NCBI GenBank assembly: GCA_964372245.1
Contig: CAYJQE010000002.1
Span: forward strand, 206 to 64,205
Length of the DNA: 64,000 bases
Reading direction: 5' to 3'
Origin: an uncultured Candidatus Saccharibacteria bacterium
Lineage (GTDB): Bacteria; Patescibacteriota; UBA1384; CAYJQE01
Part shown: in pieces, positions 58,019 through 64,000 of the stretch
How the letters are laid out: each line of letters begins with the position of its first letter
Numbering within the stretch: position 1 is the stretch's first letter
Position numbers and translations under genes: made by a program
The notes under the pieces: generated by a model
Databases searched by the model: none
Told to the model about the DNA's origin: nothing
Seen by the model: only the letters and a program-made list of their open reading frames with translations

Positions 58019-59986
58019 ATGGCTCTTTTCCGAAAGAAAAAAGGCGCCGGCTCGACCAAGGACGAGACGATCAAGCGGCTTAAGCGAGAAAAGCGGAAGC
58101 TTAATTCCGCGATTGGAAAAATTCGTCTCGCTCTCTTCATCTTTCTTGGTTCTCTGCTCGCTTTGACGGTTTTGTCGCTCTTTTTTGAGATCGGTTTCAA
58201 AGATCGGGTTTATCCTTGGCTCGAGCTTGACGGTCAATCAATTGGTGGCCTTTCGGAACCAGCCTTAAAGGTTTTTCTTGAGAATCGGGTCGGGCTTTTT
58301 AATCGGGAGGCGATCAAACTTCAATCCCAAGCCAAATTTTTTAGTCTCAAGCCTTCGGACTTTGGTCTGGTTTATGACATTGACGGAACGGTTGACAGAC
58401 TGCTTCGTCGGAGTTCGAAGCCGGAGATTCCGGACCGCCTGACAGCTCTTTTTGCCGGCTGGTTTTCAGGTCGAGAGGCGAGTTTTCAGTTCGAATACGA
58501 CTCGGGCGCCTTGGCCGAGAAAATTGTCCAAATTGCCGAGCAAGTTGATCGACCGGAGCGCGATTTGAGACTCGAGATCAAAGGCGATCAGGTTGAGATC
58601 TTAACCGACGTAAAAGCCGGTAGCCGACTTGATCGAGCGGCCCTTGAGCAGGCGCTTGCCGAGCTTTGGCCAACCGCCAAGCCGGCGACTCTGGTTCTGC
58701 CGATTGTCGTCGCTCAACCGTCGGTCAGTCTCGAGTCGGTAAAGGCCGCCAAGATTGAGGCCGAACGGATCATGGCCGACGATCTCGTCTTCAGCTTTCA
58801 AGAGAGGCAGATTGTCGCCAAGCCGGCTCTGATCGGCGGCTGGTTGGAAACTTTTCCCGAAACCGGCAGCTTGAAGGTCTTAGTCAACGAGGAGAGATTG
58901 AGAGAATATCTTGACAAGGAGGTGCGATCGAAGATTGATCGCAAGGCTAAGGACGCCAGACTCGAGATAAAAAATGGCAAGGCGGTCGTTTTTCAGGCCT
59001 CGGAAGACGGTTTGACCGTGGATCAGAACAGACTTTCGCTCTTGACTCGCGACCTCCTTGAGTCAAGGCGAAAGGGGCTCTCAACCGGAGTGGCGACGAT
59101 CGAGGTCACGGCCGCCGTCACCGAGGCGAAAATCGCCGACAAAAAGATCGGCAGTCTTGGGCTTAAAGAGTTGATTGGCAAGGCGAAGACCTCGTTCAAA
59201 GGTAGCCCGGATAACCGAATTCACAACATCAAAACTGGCGTCGAGTTTCTTTCGGGAGCGATCATCCCGCCCGGCGAAGAGTTTTCGACTCTCGACGAGC
59301 TTGGCGAGGTTGACGCCCTCTCCGGTTATTTGCCCGAGTTGGTCATTAAGGAAAATCGGACGATTCCCGAGTATGGCGGCGGTCTCTGCCAAGTCTCGAC
59401 CACCCTCTTTCGAGCGGCCCTGAACGCCGGTCTGCCGATTACCGAGCGGCAAAACCACTCCTACCGCGTCTCTTATTACGAACGGGGCATTGGGCCGGGT
59501 CTCGACGCGACCATCTATTCACCCCGTCCCAACCTCAAGTTCAAAAATGATACCGGCAAACATATTATGGTTCAAGGTTATGTTTTTGGCGATGAGGTGA
59601 GCTTAGAAATTTACGGCACTTCCGACGGTCGAAAATCGGAGATTAAGGGGCCATTTGCTTCCGACTTTGTTCCAGCGCCGGCGCCGATTTATATCGAGAC
59701 ATCGAATTTGCCGACGGGCGAAAAAAAACAGATCGAGAAACCTCACGCCGGCGCTTCGGCCATCGCCTATTACACCGTTTATCGAGGCGGCGAGGCGATC
59801 AACAAACAGATCTTTCGAAGCAAATATAAGGCTTGGCCGGCTCGATTCTTGGTTGGAGTTGGTCCCGCGCCGGCTCCGCCAAGCGAGTCCTCGCCGGCGG
59901 TCCCGCCGACCGATTCGACTCCGACCGAAGCGGTTCCCGTGGTTGCCGAGCCGCCGAGCGCCGAGCCACCGCCGCCACCGACTTAA
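58019..59986 (+). CDS. VanW-family protein (membrane-anchored, Pro-rich C-terminal tail)
   Basis: 'YGGGLCQVSTTLFRAALNAGLPITERQNHS' VanW-domain block. N-terminal TM. C-terminal 'PAPAPPSESSPAVPP...EPPPPPT'. Confidence 0.7.
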   Translation: MALFRKKKGAGSTKDETIKRLKREKRKLNSAIGKIRLALFIFLGSLLALTVLSLFFEIGFKDRVYPWLELDGQSIGGLSEPALKVFLENRVGLFNREAIKLQSQAKFFSLKPSDFGLVYDIDGTVDRLLRRSSKPEIPDRLTALFAGWFSGREASFQFEYDSGALAEKIVQIAEQVDRPERDLRLEIKGDQVEILTDVKAGSRLDRAALEQALAELWPTAKPATLVLPIVVAQPSVSLESVKAAKIEAERIMADDLVFSFQERQIVAKPALIGGWLETFPETGSLKVLVNEERLREYLDKEVRSKIDRKAKDARLEIKNGKAVVFQASEDGLTVDQNRLSLLTRDLLESRRKGLSTGVATIEVTAAVTEAKIADKKIGSLGLKELIGKAKTSFKGSPDNRIHNIKTGVEFLSGAIIPPGEEFSTLDELGEVDALSGYLPELVIKENRTIPEYGGGLCQVSTTLFRAALNAGLPITERQNHSYRVSYYERGIGPGLDATIYSPRPNLKFKNDTGKHIMVQGYVFGDEVSLEIYGTSDGRKSEIKGPFASDFVPAPAPIYIETSNLPTGEKKQIEKPHAGASAIAYYTVYRGGEAINKQIFRSKYKAWPARFLVGVGPAPAPPSESSPAVPPTDSTPTEAVPVVAEPPSAEPPPPPT

Positions 59987-60153
59987 TCGGGTTCCCCGCC
60001 ATTCTCTCGATTTAAAAATTAAAGCCAACCGACCGGCTAGCCTCAAGATCGTTTCGACCGCCAAGTTTTTAGCCGGTCAATTGGCAGTGGGAAATAGGCT
60101 GGCGGCAGACCATTCAAAAATGTCCCTGTTCTGAAACTGGTAATCTGGACTAA

Positions 60154-62853
60154 ATGGCTTTGATTAAAGATCCGGCTCAATTGTCGGCTAATGACTTGGC
60201 GAGAAAACTTACAGTCTCGCTTAAATCGGGCTTAAGCCGGCAAGAAGCCGAGAATAGACTGAAGGCTTCAGGTCAAAATATCTTGCCGGAAAGAGATGGT
60301 TTGTCTCTGACCTTGATCGTTCTCAAAAATCTCCGCGATGTTTTTGTGGTTTTTTTGTTGATTAGCGCCGGTTTTGCCTATTTGATCGGCGGTCGGGTCG
60401 AGGCCTTCCTTTTAATTTTGGTCGCGATCGTTAACCTTTTGATCCGGGTTTGGCTTGAGATCTCGGCCAGTCGCCAGGTCAGATCGCTCGACAAGCTTGA
60501 AGCCCGAGAATCGACGATTATTAGAGGGGGCGAGGTCAGGCTTGTTAACTCGGCCGATCTGGTTTTGGGCGATCTAGTTTTAATCGAGGCCGGAATCAGA
60601 GCGCCGGCCGACATTAGGCTGGTTGAGATCGAGCGGCTTCAGGTTGACGAGGCGATCTTGACCGGCGAATCGGCGGCGGTCGAAAAGACGGTCGAGAGGA
60701 CCGATGGCGAGAGTCCGATTGCCCAAAAAAATCTTCTCTATCAGGGGACTTTGGTTGTTGCCGGCCGAGCTCGAGGTCTGGTTGTCGCCACCGGGTCCGA
60801 CACCGTTTTCGGCCAATTGGCCCTAAAGCTCACAAAAATCGGGGAGAAGACTCCCCTTGAGACTAGACTTGAGCGGCTGGCGTTGGTTCTTTCGATTCTC
60901 GGCCTGACGGTTATCGTCGCTCTTTTAATTTTTGGTCTGGCCGAGGGTCAATCGATTTTGCCGCTCCTGCTTTTCTCGACCTCGCTTTTTATCGCCGCCA
61001 TTCCCGAGAGCCTGCCAACGGTCGTTACCCTCGCCCTCTCACAAGCGGCCTATAAATTAGCCAACCGGAAAGCGGTTTTAAGAAATCCGGCCGCCATCGA
61101 GGGTTTGGCGGCGGTCACCGTCGTTGCCGCCGACAAGACCGGGACCCTGACCGAGGGGCGGATGACGGTTACCGATTTAGCCATCAGATCGGGTAAAAAA
61201 ATGGTCAGAGCGACCATCGTCGAACATCGGAGCGGGAAAACCTCACTTTTGTCAAACGATCGCGATCTCAATCCCAAGGTGAAGAGAGCCTTTTTTCAAC
61301 TGGTCGAGACCGGAACGCTCGCTTCAAAAGCCGTTTTTTCCGGCCAAGGCGTAGAGCGACAGCTGATCGGGCCGCCAACCGAGGGAGCGGTCTATCTCTT
61401 GGCCGAGCGGTTGGCCTTGAAGCCTCGAGTTTTGAGATCGGATTTTGGCAATTCGGGCGAGATTCCCTTCGATTCGAAGCATCGCTTCTCGGCCGTTATC
61501 GGCGACCGGGCGATTGCCGTTCTCGGCGCGCCGGAAATCTTGCTCGGCGCCTCTCGGGTTGACGCTCGTCTTCGATCGGAAGTCAGAGATCAGCTCGACG
61601 AGCTCCTCTCCCAGGGTCTAAGAGTTCTGGCGGTCGCCAAATTGGCTCTTTCGCCGACTCGAGCTCGAAGAGAGAGACTGGTTAAGATCGTTCTTGAGTC
61701 GGGCAGTCTCTCGGGCCTTGAGTTTCTTGGTCTGGTCGGGATTCGCGATCGAGAGAGAGAGTCGTCAAAGCGGTCGGTCGAGTTGGCGGTCAAAGCCGGC
61801 ATACGGCCGGTCGTCGTGACGGGCGATCATCCGGAAACGGCTCGTCATCTGGTTGAGCGGCTTGGCATCAAAGTTGGCCGCTCGGAGATTATGACCGGCG
61901 ATCAACTTAACAGCCTTTCCGATGCTGTTTTGAAAACCGTGGTCAAACGATTCCGGATTTTTGCCCGAATTTCGCCGGCCGGAAAGGTTAGGATTATCAA
62001 GGCTCTCAAGGACTCGGGTGAAGTTGTGGCCGTAACCGGCGACGGGGTCAACGATGTTCTCGCCCTCCAGGGGGCGCAGGTCGGAATTGCCATGGGCCGA
62101 ACCGGAAGCGATGTCGCTCGCGAGGCGGCCGACATCGTCCTGCTTGACGACACCTATGCCACGATTATTGACGCCATCCGATTTGGCCGTCTGGTCTATG
62201 ACAATATTCGCCGCGCGATCCTTTTTCTGCTCGGGACCAATCTCAATGAGCTTCTTTTGGTCGCTCTTTTCTTCTTCCTTGGCTGGCCGTTGCCCTTTAC
62301 GGCCGCCACTCTCTTGCTTATCAATTTGGTTACCGATACCATCCCGGCCACCGCTCTTTCGCTCGAAACAAAAAACGAACTTCGGCTTGAATCCGGTCCG
62401 AGAGACGCTCGAGTTACCAGTCTCTCGCCGGTCATTTTTCGGTCGGCGCTCTACGCCCTGATTCTCCTTAGCCTTCAATTGAGTTTGATCTCGATCATCG
62501 GTCTGGGTGACGATTTGGCTCTTCGAACGAATATCTTTCTCCTGACGATCTTTTTTGAACTTGGTCTGGTTTTCTCTCTTGTTAGTCGGGAACTTCTTTG
62601 GCGGGGCGGAGCGAGAGCCGTCAGTCTGCCGATTTTTTTGAGCGTCGTCTCGGCTCTTTTTATCTCGTTGGCGGCCTTTCTGCCGGCCTTACGAGACCTT
62701 TTCGGCTTCGGCGAGCTTCGTCTTGAAGAAGTTTTCCAAACCGGACTCTTGGCGATCGTCGGTCTCTTGATTGTCGAGCTGACTAAAGGCTTAAGCCGGA
62801 TGATCAAACCGAGTCTTAAGACCTGGTCCGAGCTCTCTTTTGGCCGGTCTTAA
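60154..62853 (+). CDS. Cation-transporting P-type ATPase (P2/P3-type, Ca2+/Mg2+-like)
   Basis: 'DKTGTLT' phosphorylation site, 'TGES' actuator motif, 'VTGDGVNDVLAL' hinge. 899 aa with ~10 TM. Confidence 0.85.
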   Translation: MALIKDPAQLSANDLARKLTVSLKSGLSRQEAENRLKASGQNILPERDGLSLTLIVLKNLRDVFVVFLLISAGFAYLIGGRVEAFLLILVAIVNLLIRVWLEISASRQVRSLDKLEARESTIIRGGEVRLVNSADLVLGDLVLIEAGIRAPADIRLVEIERLQVDEAILTGESAAVEKTVERTDGESPIAQKNLLYQGTLVVAGRARGLVVATGSDTVFGQLALKLTKIGEKTPLETRLERLALVLSILGLTVIVALLIFGLAEGQSILPLLLFSTSLFIAAIPESLPTVVTLALSQAAYKLANRKAVLRNPAAIEGLAAVTVVAADKTGTLTEGRMTVTDLAIRSGKKMVRATIVEHRSGKTSLLSNDRDLNPKVKRAFFQLVETGTLASKAVFSGQGVERQLIGPPTEGAVYLLAERLALKPRVLRSDFGNSGEIPFDSKHRFSAVIGDRAIAVLGAPEILLGASRVDARLRSEVRDQLDELLSQGLRVLAVAKLALSPTRARRERLVKIVLESGSLSGLEFLGLVGIRDRERESSKRSVELAVKAGIRPVVVTGDHPETARHLVERLGIKVGRSEIMTGDQLNSLSDAVLKTVVKRFRIFARISPAGKVRIIKALKDSGEVVAVTGDGVNDVLALQGAQVGIAMGRTGSDVAREAADIVLLDDTYATIIDAIRFGRLVYDNIRRAILFLLGTNLNELLLVALFFFLGWPLPFTAATLLLINLVTDTIPATALSLETKNELRLESGPRDARVTSLSPVIFRSALYALILLSLQLSLISIIGLGDDLALRTNIFLLTIFFELGLVFSLVSRELLWRGGARAVSLPIFLSVVSALFISLAAFLPALRDLFGFGELRLEEVFQTGLLAIVGLLIVELTKGLSRMIKPSLKTWSELSFGRS

Positions 62854-62947
62854 ATGGTCGAGTCTTAAAACTCTTTCGTTTCTCTCGTGCTCGGTTTGGT
62901 CGAGACGAAGCAAAAAGCGGAGAAAGTTCGACTCTTGAGGAAAAAAG

Positions 62948-62976
62948 TTGACTAACCCGCTCCTCGCGACTATCAT
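62948..62976 (+). promoter_or_regulatory. Strong orphan sigma70-like promoter TTGACT-17-TATCAT with no obvious downstream CDS; candidate sRNA promoter
   Basis: TTGACT 62948-62953, TATCAT 62971-62976. ~180 nt downstream, a hairpin (GGGGGACGC...GCGTCCTCCC) is followed by TTTTTT at 63160-63165. Confidence 0.4.
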
Positions 62977-63305
62977 CAAGTCAACCGCGTCAAGTAATCT
63001 TAGGCGGAGTTGGTCGTTGGGTGTTCGTCTTTGGCAGTTGGTCTTTGAGGGTCTGCCTTGGTTGGCTGGGCCGGTAGTCGAATTGAGAGTTTTCGGGGGG
63101 ACGCTGAAAGAACCTGTTGAACCGAAGTTTGAAAGCGTGAGCGGGCGTCCTCCCGAGATTTTTTGTGGTTGACCCTGGATGATAGGGTTTCATGGCCTGT
63201 TAAGGCTGACTTTTCGAAATGTCCCGGGTCAACCGCCCAACATAAAGGCCCAGCCAGGAGCCGGGACCTGTTTATCCCTCAAATCCCAATTTTTCGAAAA
63301 TAAGA

Positions 63306-64000
63306 TCAGACGCCAAGTCCCATCTTAAGCTTCATATCGGCCAATGTTCGCTCGGCGATCATTCTGGCTCGACGTTCCGAGTGGCGCAAAGCAAGCTCAA
63401 TTTCAACCTCGTTTATCGTCTCAAATCGTTTCTGGATCGGTAAGAGGTGATCAACGACAATTGTCGAGAGATCGTCTTTGAGCGCGAGATAACCCTTGCT
63501 CTGGTATTGATTCTCGATCTCTTTGATCGGCCGTTCAGTCAGCCGATGATAGATCTCAAGCAGGTTCGAGATTGCCGGCCGCTTATCTCGATCGTAGGCG
63601 ATCATTGAGGTCGAGTCGGTTTTTGCCGCCTTGATCTTTTGGCCGATCGTTTCCGGACTGTCGGCGAGGTAGATCACCCCCTTTTCCGAAGCCGATTTGC
63701 TCATCTTTTCTTCCGGTTCAACCAGGTCCATCACCCGAGCCGCCTTTTCAGGGACGATCGCCTCGGGCAGACGAAAGGTCTGGCCAAACCGTCGGTTGAA
63801 GCGATCGGCGAGATCGCGCGCCAGCTCGAGGTGCTGTTTCTGATCTTCCCCGACCGGCACCCCGATTGATTCAACGCTTTTGATATGACTGTAAAGGAGA
63901 ATATCGGCCGCCATTAGGGTCGGATAGGTCAGCAGTCCGGTTGGGACGGCGCTCTCGTTCTTTGATTTTTCTTTATACTGGGTCATTCGGGAGAGCTCGG
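63306..64000 (-). CDS. trpS: Tryptophan--tRNA ligase, C-terminal part (gene continues beyond window end)
   Basis: 'GLLTYPTLMAADILLY', 'VPVGEDQKQHLELARDLADRFN' and KMSKS motif ('EKMSKSAS'). Confidence 0.85.
   Translation of the reverse strand, partial: ELSRMTQYKEKSKNESAVPTGLLTYPTLMAADILLYSHIKSVESIGVPVGEDQKQHLELARDLADRFNRRFGQTFRLPEAIVPEKAARVMDLVEPEEKMSKSASEKGVIYLADSPETIGQKIKAAKTDSTSMIAYDRDKRPAISNLLEIYHRLTERPIKEIENQYQSKGYLALKDDLSTIVVDHLLPIQKRFETINEVEIELALRHSERRARMIAERTLADMKLKMGLGV

Noticed and set aside
59655-60134. 159-aa Arg-rich ORF overlapping the VanW gene 3' end in another frame
   Set aside because: Extreme Arg/Pro composition (frame-shifted reading of a Pro-rich coding region). The overlapping VanW frame has clear domain signatures.
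62948-63172. 74-aa ORF beginning with TTG inside the orphan promoter
   Set aside because: Its start codon is the -35 hexamer itself, there is no SD, and the composition is non-protein-like (W/R/G-rich). Treated instead as a candidate non-coding transcript.
1-64000. Searched by eye for CRISPR arrays, tRNA/rRNA/tmRNA/RNase P signatures, integrase/transposase/RT genes and toxin-antitoxin pairs
   Set aside because: No regularly spaced direct repeats with spacers, no tRNA-like cloverleaf-compatible segments in the few intergenic gaps, and no ORFs with recombinase, RT or toxin motifs were found. The window appears to be chromosomal envelope-biosynthesis DNA rather than a mobile or defense island.

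Overview
The window is a 64-kb, gene-dense (~53% GC) cell-envelope glycan synthesis and export island. It probably comes from an uncultivated bacterium (CPR/Patescibacteria or Chloroflexota-like); this is a low-confidence inference. Genes are tightly packed with many ATGA/GTGA start-stop overlaps, and GTG/TTG starts are common. I found no rRNA, tRNA, CRISPR, transposase, integrase or reverse-transcriptase genes. The contents are as follows. (1) A GDP-heptose-like nucleotide-sugar cassette: an HddC-like nucleotidyltransferase, an HddA-like GHMP kinase, and a gmhA-like SIS gene that carries an in-frame TAA. (2) Nucleotide-sugar enzymes: GalE, WecB, two SDR epimerase/dehydratases and a second GHMP kinase. 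(3) At least nine GT4 and five GT2 glycosyltransferases. Three of the GT2s carry C-terminal TM helices, as CsbB/GtrB-type polyprenyl-phosphate-sugar synthases do. Also present are two Wzx-like flippases, an O-antigen ligase/Wzy-like protein, an SMR/ArnE-like 4-TM protein, and a UbiA-family prenyltransferase with the NDxxDxxxD motif of decaprenyl-phosphate phosphoribosyltransferase. (4) Five paralogous giant polytopic membrane proteins (665-1263 aa) that look like YfhO/GT-C-type extracytoplasmic glycosyltransferases. One is fused to a discoidin (F5/8-type-C) domain, and another is translationally coupled to a stand-alone discoidin protein. (5) A B12-binding/radical-SAM-like protein and a tandem two-domain SAM methyltransferase, which are probable glycan tailoring enzymes. 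(6) A secreted operon on the minus strand: a TIM-barrel glycoside hydrolase, a protein of ~100-aa repeats, and an S8 subtilisin carrying the same repeats. (7) Housekeeping membrane proteins (H+-PPase, VanW-family, P-type ATPase) and a partial trpS at the window end. The most unusual sequence-level feature is an in-frame, AT-rich, quasi-periodic coding repeat built on a perfect 12-mer, AGTATATACTAT, whose first 10 bases form a palindrome. It occurs four times inside one GT4 gene, once more in the next gene, and once as an 11/12 copy in the previous gene. Other notable points are a 99-bp tandem duplication inside one giant protein and a 16-nt motif shared upstream of hppA and the vanW-like gene. 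There is also an orphan strong promoter followed by a hairpin, which is a candidate sRNA, near 62.95-63.17 kb.
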